This document shows positions 1 to 12,339 of a stretch of 64,000 nucleotides of DNA, piece after piece. The position numbers and the translations under genes are program-made. The stretch lies in the NCBI GenBank assembly GCA_020137815.1, contig CM035358.1:6510001-6574000 (forward strand). The letters are read 5' to 3'. The stretch's first letter is position 1. The number at the start of each line of letters is the position of its first letter. Source of the DNA: Hormiphora californensis (lineage: Eukaryota; Animalia; Ctenophora). Below the pieces are notes generated by a model. The model was not told where the DNA came from. It searched no databases and saw nothing but the letters and a program-made list of their open reading frames with translations.

Positions 1-3000
1 TTTTTCCCTATTTTTCATCTCCCCTAACCTCTCCCTCTCTGGGGACCTTTATTCCCCTTTTCAAAGATATAACCACGGGCCAGAAAAATAGAGTACAGCT
101 AAATAGAGAGCAATTCAAAAAAACCTCTCCCAAACTCAAATGTAAAATCATCCCAATATACCATAACCCTGCCTGAATACTTCTAATTTTCCTCCCGAAG
201 GCCAAATTCCAACTAAATGAAAAACACTAAAACCGGTTGTATTTAACACTATAAAATTTACAGTGGCCCCGTTTTTAACGGCCCCCGGGATTTTAAAGGG
301 GCCCCCCCCAAATTTCCCGGGAGGAAAATCCCCCCCCGATTAGGAAAAAACAGAAATTTGAAACCCAAATTTGCGACCCCCCGATTTAAGGGAAAAAACC
401 CTTTTTCCCCCCGAGGATCCCCCTTTTAAATGGGGGGGCCCCCGGGACTAAAAATTTAAAAAAAATTGTTTTCAAATGAAGCCCAAAATTTATAAAGGGA
501 TACCCAAGATTTTTTCCCTCTGTTTTTTTCTAAACCCCAAAAAAACCAGCAAAACACAGCCAACCACAGCAGGGGTTTTTTTGTTTTTTAGATAGATAGG
601 GGTCCCCCCTTAGAAGGGTCTTTTAGAATCAGCTCTCTATCATAGAGAGCTGATTCTAAAAGACCCTCTTTCAATACAAAACACGGCAAATGGGTTGTTA
701 ATTGTTAATTGTTAGATAGATAGAGATAGAGAGCTGGTTCTAAAAGACCCTCTCCCAATACCAATATGTATACAGCTGAATACATCTACTGTTCTACCCA
801 GTCCAAACTCCAATATCAAGACACTATAACGGTGCTGGTATCACTATTACAAATAATTAAAAAATTGATCAAATCAAGACCAATTTATCAAGATATTTTT
901 CCTCTCTCTATATGCTGAACCAGCAAATGCATTGTTAGATAGATAGAGAGCAGATTCTACAAGATATCTCTTTTCAGATGTTCCTGACTTTGGAAGCACC
1001 TCCCCCGACACCTCTATCGGCCAATACACACCCACCCAATCCCAATCCATCACGTGGTCAATGGAATTGTGTGATAGTTCAGAGGACATCGCATTCGTAT
1101 ACAAGTGAGTGCACTTTCATCCCTTTACTAACATTAGCAATTAATTAATTAGTGATTAGTATATCTCAGACCCTGTACTTTTTGAAAGTGTGTGGTTGTG
1201 TGACTGTATTAACGACTGCACAGTTTGGTGAACACGTGACAACCCCACTACTTCTTAAAAGTGTGGGTGCTTTGGTACTCCTCAACTTTTTCTCCCGGTT
1301 TTACTCAACAATGGTGGTATGTTTTACCAATTAACAAGCGCAATTTAACTGCCACGTAACGCTATGTCTACCTAGGGTGTGGTTGAAGGATACAGCGGGT
1401 AATCTTGAGTTGGGATACTTCATTGGAACTACCAAGGCTAACATCGTCCTAATGGATCCTCTATTTGTACTAAAAGAAAAGGTGAATTATTGATGAATGA
1501 AGGAGTTTCATTCAATCATTGAACTTTAATGAATGGAGATTGTTCATGAGCACTTTCACTTTTAATCAATTAAGAATTCATTATCTTCTCAGACCAAAGA
1601 ATCCTGTGTTATTGAATTGTTTACAATGTCAGGCAACAGTGTTATCTGTGACTCAACTGTTTCACTTGGTATCGAAGACACCTCACACCGGGCGACCTTC
1701 GCGGGCGCTGGCAAGGGGTAACTTCGTAACCAACTGTTTCACCCAATTTAATGTTTTTAATCCGTTTTAGATTCCTTTTATCCGGGTACAAAACTTTGGA
1801 CGGGGTTTGAATTGGCAGACAATAACTCTTTATGTCATCGACATGGACTCCACTACCTACCAAATCGATATTATAACAGGTTACAACACGTTAATTTTAA
1901 ATAATTCAAGGGAGAGTCTATGACTGTTACTTGTGACCTGTTGATCCCCCTTAATTCAGATTATATCTGCATTTTATGATTCAATAATTAAACCAAAAAC
2001 TTCTCAGGCTGTGAGTCAGTTAGTCGAGGTATCATCTCCAAGCTGGCAGCCTCTGCTTCTAACCGTACCCTTGGTATTGAGTGGTCAATGGAAGAGAGCA
2101 ATAGTCAAATGAGGTAAATTCATCTTCTGAATGAACATTTCATTTCCGCTAGTAGACGCACCTCTGATCCTCATTAAAATTATCCATAATTGATGCCAGA
2201 CCTCTAAATTCCTATGAACTCCATGCCCATTAATTGTTACTCTCCCTCCTGCGCTGTCCTCTCACGCATTTAAGTACGGACCGGCGATACGTCTACCGCA
2301 GCCCGCAGGACGGGGGAAAGTCCTGGCCTTCTACCCCTTCCAAAAAAAACGGTGCCTGGACCCCCCGCCCCCCCCCCCCGCGGGGTTACAGCCGGTGCCC
2401 AAAGGTGGGATGGGTCCTTTGGTAGTGGCTGTGTAAAAGGTTGTGTTGTATGTGCAGATTATTTCCGTTACCTATCAGAAAGTGTGCGCCTGGTCCCAAT
2501 ATAAAGTAGACGCTTCCCCCTTTTGACCATAATGATCTGCCCAGTCCATAAGACGGTGATGTAAACTTATATACTACTCTCTCCCAGGTAAAGTACCACG
2601 TGGGAACATTCTCTCAGGAGCAGGACTGTTTTGAGATGACATCTATGATAATTATCCCACTAACTCTGCTCATATCTTGGGTTACCCATATCGGCGTGCA
2701 TGTGTTAGTAAACCATCCATCAACCATCCTTCCCGTTATATCTTAGGTTTTAGTAATCCATATAGCAATCAGGAACCGGTTATTTTAGGTGCACCGTCGT
2801 TGACGGTTTGAGTAAACCTTCACATCAAAACCAAATTTCCCGATATCTGAAGGTTAGTAAACCTTCAATCAATCTTCATATCTCCCTCATATCTGAAGGT
2901 AATTGCGCGATCGGAAAGTAAATAGTTGGTTCATACCGATTGTTATACATGATTACATGTATCGTTCATACCACATGTCAATATGTGTCGAACAATTAGT

Positions 3001-5741
3001 CACGTCTATCGACACTAGGTAGACAACCCTTGACCTCACCATTATGGTAAAGCTTAATGATTGAAGGAAGCGACGTTACATATAGATGATGTGTGGATGT
3101 ACGAGTTGTTACGTCATCGGCTGGACAAAAACGGGGAATACTTGCAACAGTTCGAGGGTGATCTGATTTGTGCTCGGTAGTGTTACATAGCGTGTGCTGG
3201 CAAGCACCAGGGCTCTGGGTCAACCTCCTTCCCCTAATAAATCGGATGTGAACAACAGAAATCACTGCGTTTTTTTTGTCACCTCGATTTTGAAGGAGGA
3301 AGGATACTTGTTAACTCTAGAAGGTTTGAAGAAGTTCGGTTTCCAGAAGCCAAGAAAGGCAGGAAATGATGATGATTGAAAGTACATGTAATTAATCTCG
3401 TAACCTGATGCCGTGGCGCTTCGAGATGGCGGCGTGGCGCGCGCCAGACAGCCTCGAACTTCTCGTTCTTCCCTTACTCAAACAAACCAGCTCCTCCAGG
3501 CTAAGTTGATTCATAGATGACCTACTTACCGGAGGAGTATAGGAGATCCAATGGGGGTGCGGAGGAAGAGGAAAGTTAGGACAGAGAGGGATGGAAGAGC
3601 AGAAATTGGAATATCGGATTTGGTTAAGTTAGGTGGAGAAAGGTTAATTTCATGTGCTTCTGTACGGAGGGACTACCATTTTCGACTTGTGGTAATAATA
3701 GGACTTGCTTAATCGACTTAATTGAGAATTTTTAAATTTTTGGGGACTGGGGAGGTCAGTATATTTGTGTAATTATTTTGATAGCCAGCATATAATGAGG
3801 TCCAGATTTAAGTGGCGTGAAGGAAACAATCAATGTTGTATTCAAGCAGAAATCCAAGTTAAAGAACACAGTCAACCCCCTGATTACTCTTACTGTTTGT
3901 GTTTTTGTTCCCACCGGGGGTAGTGATCAGAATTTTGCCACAGTGTAAAGTCGAGGGCATGATTCTGCGTAGATAAATGTAGGGCTTCCGACTGTAGTTT
4001 TTTATAAAATTGGCAAGTTGTTTTACCAAAATATACATTACAACTTTCGAATAAGTGTCTTTTTTGTTTTGCTTGTCATGCGTATTGTAAACTTACTTTC
4101 GTATCTCCACTTTTTTTCCTATTGTGGTTGACTCCTTTCCTATCTTACTACTCTTACGTCCCCCACGTTACGCACGTTGTTCACCTTATATTACCCTTGC
4201 CGACAAGTTTTCTTGTGCATTTTTTCCACTCGGATGCACCACACTATTCATCCCCTAGTCACATCCTCACTTTCTCTCCTCCACGGCCTCATTGTCTCCA
4301 TCAGTCATTTATCACCACCGCGACCCCTTCTGTGGCAGCCCGGTATGCATCCCGACCGTTATGCTTCTGGCACCCTATATTCAGTGTTCTCATCAATGCA
4401 CTGCTTACAAAAGCCCATGTTTTTTTTTACACAGAATTGAAGGCAACCATCATATCCCCACGCTTACGCTTCAGTACCCCACATAGTTTTTTTAGATTCC
4501 AGTACATACACAGCTCGTTGGCCAACCTCGCCCTCTCCTGATTTCTCTAATCAACCACATGCACCCTTTATAAAAACCCCCCCCAGTATCCCGTTTCCTC
4601 CGGCGATCCCATCTCATGCAGTAAGCGCAAGGGAATTATCACACACTTTATGTAGACCCAATTGGAACGAAACCTCTACCGGTTCCACCTTCCTGTTCAC
4701 CCCATACCTGCCGATAGTCCGGCGATTTTGTTTTACCCGCATATCAAACCGGGGAAAATAACTATCATGGCTGACGCCTGGTAAATGAAATAGGGCCAAC
4801 TGAGACGCTGTCGCCCTGGAAACCTGCACGGTACATGTTGGTCATTTAGTCACGAGACACTTTTAGTGGGACAGGTCCATCAAGTAGTTCCTGCTGAAGA
4901 GTAGCAATGCGAGAGTGCGTCATGTAACTCAGGATGGTCTAGGAAGTATGCAGTTGAGGGCAGAGGTCAGACAGCGGTGCTTGTCGATCAGTGTAATACG
5001 CTGATAGATCTGTGATTAGGGATGTTGTCATTGTAAGTGGTGGTCGAGTGCATCAATAAGTTTCCGATGGTAAGTTGAGTTGAAAATTGTTAAAATGCTT
5101 GTGATTCTAATTGGTCTATCATCTGTCGTTACTAATGGTACTATGGTTTACCATTTGAGCTGAAAAGCATTTCACTCACCTGTTACCCCTGTTAGCCATG
5201 TTTACGAGCAGTTTTTATAACATTTTGGTAAACAGATCCATGTGTTAACGCCACACAATGGGGAAACACAATGATATATAACACCCGCTTACCCTGACGA
5301 CCCGTTAGCCGCAGGCCGATAGGGCACGTCAACAAACAGAGAGGACCGGGGAAAGTAAGCGATAGAGAGGAAGTGAGATGGAAAGATGAGAGTGTCGGGA
5401 AGTGTCCCACTATGCTCACCAGCCGGTCTGTTGGGTCTCTGAAGGATCACGCAGAGGGGAATAGTCGCGGTTTGGCCGTTAAACAAGTGTGTGGATAATA
5501 AAAGTTAAGCATTTTTGGCCATACATGATCAAGTTCATTCTGTAAAAAAGTTGTGATTACGGCTCGTCTATATGATTCGTATTGACCTCGACATCAGTCC
5601 TGCGAGGGCGTAGGAGGGGTAGTTAGTAAGATCGTGTGTACGATGTGGAGTGTTTGTACGATGGTTGTGATTTGCATGGATTACCAAGAGATGTAGGAGT
5701 GTGTTGTCGGACCTAGGAGGGGACCTAGAATATCAACTGGT
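1..5741 (+). other. Lower-quality duplicate (probable haplotig) of ~10405-17330
   Basis: Base 1 aligns by eye with ~10405 and the end (…agaatatcaactggt) with ~17330. Many homopolymer and indel errors. It lacks insertions seen in the main copy (10576-10747, 11444-12132, 13370-14882). Confidence 0.9.
978..3620 (+). pseudogene. Duplicate of PLEKHM2-like exons 1-7 (error-prone allelic copy)
   Basis: Exon 978-1104 is nearly identical to 12340-12466. The next exons match closely; later ones are degraded by indels. Confidence 0.75.
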
Positions 5742-5841
5742 NNNNNNNNNNNNNNNNNNNNNNNNNNNNNNNNNNNNNNNNNNNNNNNNNNNNNNNNNNN
5801 NNNNNNNNNNNNNNNNNNNNNNNNNNNNNNNNNNNNNNNNN
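5742..5841. other. Assembly gap (100 N)
   Basis: Run of N. Confidence 1.
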
Positions 5842-6359
5842 CTACGCAGTGGAGGGGTGCTCCTGGGTTTTTTAAAATTGGTCGGAGAAATTGAGGAAGT
5901 TATGGGGTAAAAACGTCTCTAAATCTGTGCCAAAAATGTGATGGTTTGACAACGGAAAGACCTGAGGACATTGTGGTGAGTTGAGCTGACCTAGAATAAC
6001 AGAGAAGACAACAAACATTGGTTATCTCGAGAAATGAAACACAACTGTTGGCGGATAGAAGGAAATAACAGATCTAGTAGATCCGTTGAGTGTGATCTCC
6101 CGAAGAACATAGAGAGAGAGCGAGAGAGAGAGAAGACTGCGATCCAGAGAGAGCGCGAGCAGAGAAGCTAGAGAGAGAGAAGATGTAGGAGATACGCTGA
6201 GAAGAGAGATATATAGATAGCTAGATAGAGATAGAGAGAGATCTATCTATCGCGATCTCTCATCTCTCTCTCTATCTCTATGTATATCTAGATAGTATCT
6301 CATGAGTTAGTATATAGCTCGCTATCGACGATAGATATATATCTCGATATAGAGCTATA

Positions 6360-6390
<31 letters not shown>

Positions 6391-7216
6391 CTCTCTCTCT
6401 TCTCTTCTCATCTCTTTTCTCTCTTCTCTCTCTCTCTTCTCTCTCTCTCTCAGGTGGGTTAAAAGGGAAATTAATGTCCTTGTTTTAGATCCGTTAACTG
6501 CGATAGATGTTCCTCTAGCTGAGTGTTTAGAGAGTTCTACGTGGTCTCTCTTTTTTAATAGTCGTCTCCAGTCTCTTACTCGCGTAGCTAACCTGTGTCT
6601 CTGGTCTGAAAATTCTTCAATCTCTCTCTCTATAAAAGTCAGCCGTCAGGCTTCGTTTAGCCGCGCGCACGCTGCTAGTGTAGGGGTGACTGCGTCACCA
6701 AGAAATAGACCGTGTGAAACTTCCAAACATATCAACTGAGATATGATCTGTTCAATCTTTCTCTCCGTTTCTCTACTACCGGTAGCTACCCTCAGTATGT
6801 CAGAAGGGTAATGGCTGTCCGTTCTGTAGGGCTGTCCCTGTTCGTCTGTTTGGAAAGAAACATTGATATAGTGTGAGCATGAGATAGGAGAGAGGAAAGT
6901 GATTTGTTGTCTGTCTGTCTTCATACTTAGACTCCCCCCTGTGGTTACGAAGTCACCCCTATTATTGCAATTGCAGTCAGATGAAGCTAATATTGCGGCG
7001 GCGGAGGGTAATTTCATTACAAGACCTCCCCAAAAACTATTTTTTATCCCCTAAATCCCCCCTTCATCACTACTAAAGGTGCCGCCTTTAGTAGTAACAG
7101 GTAACTATTATCGAAGTTTCTACCCTCCAAAGTGAACCCTCTTCCACTGGTAGGAACCGTATACGGGGTTTTAAGCATGGTTTACAAATTTTAGTCTACT
7201 AAATTACCACTGGAAC

Positions 7217-7942
7217 CTACAAAACCGAGTTTCAATATGAAAAACGGAGCATCCACTTCCACTCTTTGCCTCTGGTACAGGTCCTCTCCGGCTGCCACGT
7301 AACACGTCTAGTCAATCACATGTAACGGTTTACGAGTGTCAGGGGTAGGTGCGTTTAACCATGTCCCCTGTACTGTCCATCCACTGTAACCCGAGACATC
7401 TGCAATAGATGTTGCCATGTAATTATTGGTTACCTTGGTAAAAAAAAAAAAAACGACAACTACCCCTACCTTGCGGGCCACGCTTAAAACGTGCCTTACT
7501 ATCGCAAAGCACTCTACCGTAGAGGCGTAATTCGTTACCAACTGCTTCTAGTAGAATACGAATATTTGACTTACCACACTGGTTGCAAGAAAGCGCACAA
7601 TTCACCAACATGTAGTTTGGGTTTTTCGAGCATTCTCCCACTCTACTCCACCATCCACAGTTGGGGTTAGAGTCTCCACACCCTGAGATTGTGTTAATAA
7701 GCATTTCTGGCGGCTCATACCAATACCATTTGGTTCTGCATCGAGGTGTGTCCCCCACACACCAAAACAAAATAATCTAACTCGGGGGAAATTTATACGT
7801 CCGGTAAATACTGTCAAGTGGGGTGCAAATGGGGTGCAAATGGGGTGCAAGTGGGGTGGAAATGGGGTGCAACGGAAATACTACCTGAGACATTAGCGGT
7901 AAGTTGACTGACTAAAGATACCAGAAGAAGACACCACTTCAT
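7217..7942 (-). CDS. Secreted ShK + Sushi/CCP protein, paralog 2 (Sushi exon frameshifted in this assembly)
   Basis: Signal-peptide exon 7942-7885 MKWCLLLVSLVSQLTANVS. ShK exon [35 protein letters not shown]. Sushi exon homologous to 9294-9470 with indels. Confidence 0.7.
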
Positions 7943-8115
7943 TTTGGTTATTCTCGAGAAATGAAAAACAACAAGCAACGAGAGGGTGGAAGAGTTATCT
8001 ATTAAGCGCTTGACGTCTCGGAGATAGAGAGGTTGAGATAAAATTGTCTTATTGGTTAAGCGACTGAATGGAGGAACACGTACTATCGCTTATGCTTTTA
8101 TCAGCATGTTCCTCA

Positions 8116-8117
<2 letters not shown>

Positions 8118-8194
<77 letters not shown>
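8118..8194. repeat. (CT)n microsatellite
   Basis: Pure dinucleotide run. Similar runs at ~10200-10338, 18305-18367, 19064-19145 and 40503-40590. Confidence 0.95.
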
Positions 8195-8197
<3 letters not shown>

Positions 8198-8330
8198 ACG
8201 CATTTGCATCATCGGCTCTTGCACTCTTTAACATCGTCCCTGCCTCGGTGAAGGAACAGTCCACGATCGAGAACGCAAAGGCAGAGCTCGACAAGTTCCT
8301 GAGCAAACTCCCTGAAGACCACCAACACGA
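8195..8330 (+). mobile_element. 3' fragment of a non-LTR retrotransposon ORF
   Basis: NAFASSALALFNIVPASVKEQSTIENAKAELDKFLSKLPED resembles the F..LFN.LP...K..LDKFL C-terminus of CR1/Jockey-group ORF2. Confidence 0.55.
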
Positions 8331-9109
8331 AATTACAATACTGCAGACAACAATAACAGCCTCCTGTCTTTGTTGGATGCAAGGCGCGGTCACAAGTCCG
8401 TTAGCCCGACGTAGGTTCTACCAGATAATCTTCAAAGGTAACTTCAAAGGTAACTCTCTCTCTGTACTCTGTAGGACTGTCTGACTGTATGTCTGTCAGT
8501 AAGACTGTCTGACTGTATGTCTGTAGGACTGTCTGACTGTCTGTCTGTTATCGAAGTTGTGATCACCGTGACCGACCATGACCGATATGAACCAATTTAG
8601 GGTAAAATGTGGTACGAGTACGACAAACTATATACAAAGACTAAAGTAGAATAGAAACTATCGTAATCCATAATAAACGCTACCACTAATATAACTCAAG
8701 GTAGACAGTCCTGTGACCGTTCCCTAACCCTAACACATATAATATTGTCCATGTTCATCACGCCTAGTCATAACCCTGACTAGATCACGCATATTGTCAA
8801 TCCCCTTCTCTCGTAGAATCCTCCCAGAGAATAATAGTAGAGAAAGTAGGCCAATTGACGTTAGGGAGGAAGATGTATCATCGTAACAGCACCACTGCAC
8901 TCATATATCGGGATATCGTATATAAAAATAGAATGGGGTTAGGAACATATACATATTATCCCGATAACATGACTTGGAAAGAAAACTGTCTGTCTGTCTG
9001 TCTTCATACCTAGACCTCCCCCAAAACTGTTTTTTATTCTCTAAACCCCACTTCATCACTATTAAAGGTGCCCTCCTTTAGTAGCAATGCTATTATTTCT
9101 CTGGTGAAA

Positions 9110-9145
<36 letters not shown>

Positions 9146-9293
9146 CTGCCAGGCCAATGCTCTAACCACAGTTCATTTGAAAGAAATGAAAATAGGGTCA
9201 GGCCAATACTCTGACAGCCCCCCGGGTTTCCCACCCGGTAGGAACCGTATATAATGGGTCTATAGTCTACTAAAAACCACTGGGCCTACAAAC

Positions 9294-10092
9294 CTAGTTT
9301 CAATATGCAAACCGGAGCATCTACATTCCACTCTCTTGCCTCTGTACAGGTCCTCTCCGTGCTGCCAACTAACACGTGTTTCATATCACATGTAACGGTG
9401 ACCGTGTGTCCCGGGGGTGCGTTATACCAGATTCCCTGTACTGATCCGTCCACGGTAAACCCGAGACATCCTGAAATGGTTGTTGCCATGTTGATAATTA
9501 TTTGTTACCTTGGTAACGGAATTACCCCTACCTTGCGGGCACGCTAAAACGTGCCTTACTATCGCAAAGCACTCTACCGTAGAGGCGTAATTTCGTTACC
9601 AATTGGTTACCATGGTTACCAACTGCTTCTAGTTGAATATGAATATATTTGACCTACCACACTGGTTGCATGAAAGCGCACAATTCGGCAACATGTAGTT
9701 TGGGTTTTTCGAGCATTCTCCCACTCTACTCCACCATCCACAGTTGGGGTTAGAATCTCCACACCCTGAGGTTGTGTCAATTAGCATGGAATTTCTGGCG
9801 GGTATCTGGGGTCATACCAATACCATTTGGTTCTGCACTCTAGTTATGTATGCCATTCGCGTGGGGTTGAACAAAACAAAATAATCTAACTCGGGGGAAA
9901 TTTATACGTCCGGTAAATACTGTCAAATGGGGTAGAAATGGGGTGCAAGTGGGGTAGAAATGGGGTGCAAGTGGGGTAGAAATGGGGTGCAAATGGGGTG
10001 CAAGTGGGGTACAAATGGGGTTCAATACTACCTGAGACATCAGCGGTGAGTTGACTGACTAAAAATACCAGAAGTAATTTCTTGGCCAGCAT
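9294..10092 (-). CDS. Secreted ShK + Sushi/CCP domain protein, paralog 1 (3' end unresolved)
   Basis: Phase-1 exons: 10092-10032 ([20 protein letters not shown], signal-like), 15-nt microexon 9832-9818 (EPNGI), 9765-9658 (six-Cys ShK), 9470-9294 (CLGFTVDG…VTVTCD…LVGSTERTC…WNVDAPVC, Sushi). All have GT-AG borders. Confidence 0.85.
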
Positions 10093-10262
10093 CACAGGGG
10101 CACGTTGTAGAGCAAATCTCTCGTAGAACTTCAAAAATGAGCTATTTTAAAGAGTGCTTAGGACTGGGATCACGCTCAGCACGTGACAGAGAGAAAAGAG
10201 CTCTCTCTCTCCCCTTTCTCTTTCTCTCTCACTCTGTCTCTCCCTCTCTCTCCCTCTCCCTC

Positions 10263-10339
<77 letters not shown>

Positions 10340-10575
10340 ATCTCATTAACTTAATTTTTCATTTAAAAGAGTCATTATCATCAGTCACCTTTATAAATTA
10401 TTCATTTTTCCCTAATTTTTCTATCTTCTCCTAACACTCTCCCTCTCTCGTGACTCTTTATTCCCCATTCTAAAGATAGTAACCACGGGCCAGCAAATGC
10501 AGAGTACAGCTAAGATAGAGAGCTAATTCTAATAAACCCTCTCCCAAATCTCAATATGTATAACCATTCCAATTA

Positions 10576-10747
10576 CAGTCGGACCCCGATTTACCGGGAT
10601 GCTCGGGGGGAAGGGTTTTGCCCGGTAAATCGGGGTGCCCGGTATATCGGGGTCAAATACTGTTAATTTTCTATTTTGGGGGAAGATTATCCGCCCGGTA
10701 AATCGGGGTTCCCGTAAATCGGGGCCCGGTAAATCGGGGTCCGACTG
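10576..10747. mobile_element. Tc1/mariner-type MITE
   Basis: TIR CAGTCGGACCCCGATTTACCGGG, TA on both sides. Empty site at ~155-160. A degenerate relative lies at ~15978-16062. Confidence 0.9.
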
Positions 10748-11443
10748 TATATACCAATAATCCTGACCTGAATACTTCTAATATTCTACGAAGGCCAAAT
10801 TCCAATTATACCAAGACATTGGTGACATAGAAACCGTGCGCGACCAAGATACGGGGGTCATATCAAGACACTGTATATAACGGTGCTGGTATCACTAATA
10901 CAAATAAATAAAAAGTTGATCAAATCAAGACCAATTTATCAAGATATCAAGATATTTTCCCTCTGTCTCTCTGAACCAGCAAACACAGCATAGGTTGTTA
11001 GATAGATAGAGAGCTGGTTCTAAAAGACCCTCTTTCAATGCAAAACACGGCAAATGGGTTGTTAGATAGATCAGAGATAGAGAGCTGGTTCTAAAAGACC
11101 CTCTCCCAATACCAATATGTATAGTACGTATATATATAGTATCAGTATACAGCTGAATACATCTACTGTTCTACCAAGTCCAAACTTCAATATCAAGACA
11201 CTATAACGGTGCTGGTATCACTATTACAAATAAATTAAAAGTTGATCAAATGAAGACCAATTTATCAAGATATTTTCCCTCTGTCTCTCTGAACCAGCAA
11301 ACACGGCAAATGGGTTGTTAGATAGATAGAGAGCTGGTTCTAAAAGACCCTCTTTCAATGCAAAACACGGCAAATGGGTTGTTAGATAGATAGAGATAGA
11401 GAGCTGGTTCTAAAAGACCCTCTCCCAATACCAATATGTATAC

Positions 11444-12132
11444 ATGAAGTATGAACGTTTGTAGACTGGCGCGTTATGAAGTTGGCTGTTCCCAGCGCGA
11501 GCTGGGGACAGCCAACTGGAGTTTAATCGCCCGGCAGGGCGATTAAACTGGTTTAAATCCCGACTCCGATCCCGAGGCGCCAGCCGAGGGTGAGGGGGAG
11601 GTGATTTAAACCTATAACGCGATAGGCTAACAAACGTTCATATTTTATGAAACCCGATAGTAATTACACACAAATAAGAGACACAACACAAGGTGAAACA
11701 CACTAGAACTGCTGGTAAATAGTCAACAGATACCCTGAAAATGTGTGTAGACTTAGTGTCTACTGTTCCTAACATGTTTGAGAAAGAGAGAGAAAGATTA
11801 GGGGCAATACACACTGTCAGAGGTAATGAACAGTAAAAGAGACAATGAGAGAGAGAAATGAATGGAATGTGATTCTTTTCACTCCTTATGAGAGAGATAA
11901 CATTGAAACGTGTTGCAGACATGTTTCCCCTTTCTTTTGTTGACAGAACTGTGTGTTTACACACATTTTCAATACTTAGAATTTTACACGCATGTTATTC
12001 AAATGAAGAGAAATGCGTGAAAAAGAGAGCGGGACTGTTAAACAGCGAGCAGGGTGTTAAATCTCCCAGCTAGCAGTTATCATGAGCGCGCAAAATCTTC
12101 AAACGACTGATAAATCAACTATCGGGTTTCAT
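11444..12132. mobile_element. TSD-less element with internal inverted circle junction (Crypton-like, non-autonomous)
   Basis: Absent from the duplicate (tatac|agctgaatac at ~770). 11627-11662 is the reverse complement of right end joined to left end. Short internal hairpins. Confidence 0.7.
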
Positions 12133-12339
12133 AGCTGAATACATCTACTGTTCTACCAAGTCCAAACTCCAATATCAAGACACTATAACGGTGCTGGTAG
12201 CACTAAATAATTAAAAAATTGATCAAATGAAGACCAATTTATCAAGATATTTTCCCTCTCTCTTGTATATGCTAAACCAGCAAACACAGCAAATGCATTG
12301 TTAGATAGAGAGCAGATTCTACAAGATATCTCTTTTCAG

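Noticed and set aside
250-620. Homopolymer-rich stretch (also 31100-34900)
   Set aside because: It aligns to cleaner copies elsewhere in the window, and the pattern indicates sequencing or consensus error rather than biology.
10137-10434. SLSLSL/ERERER ORFs here and at ~18000-19300 and ~40400-40900
   Set aside because: Translations of (CT)n/(GA)n microsatellites.
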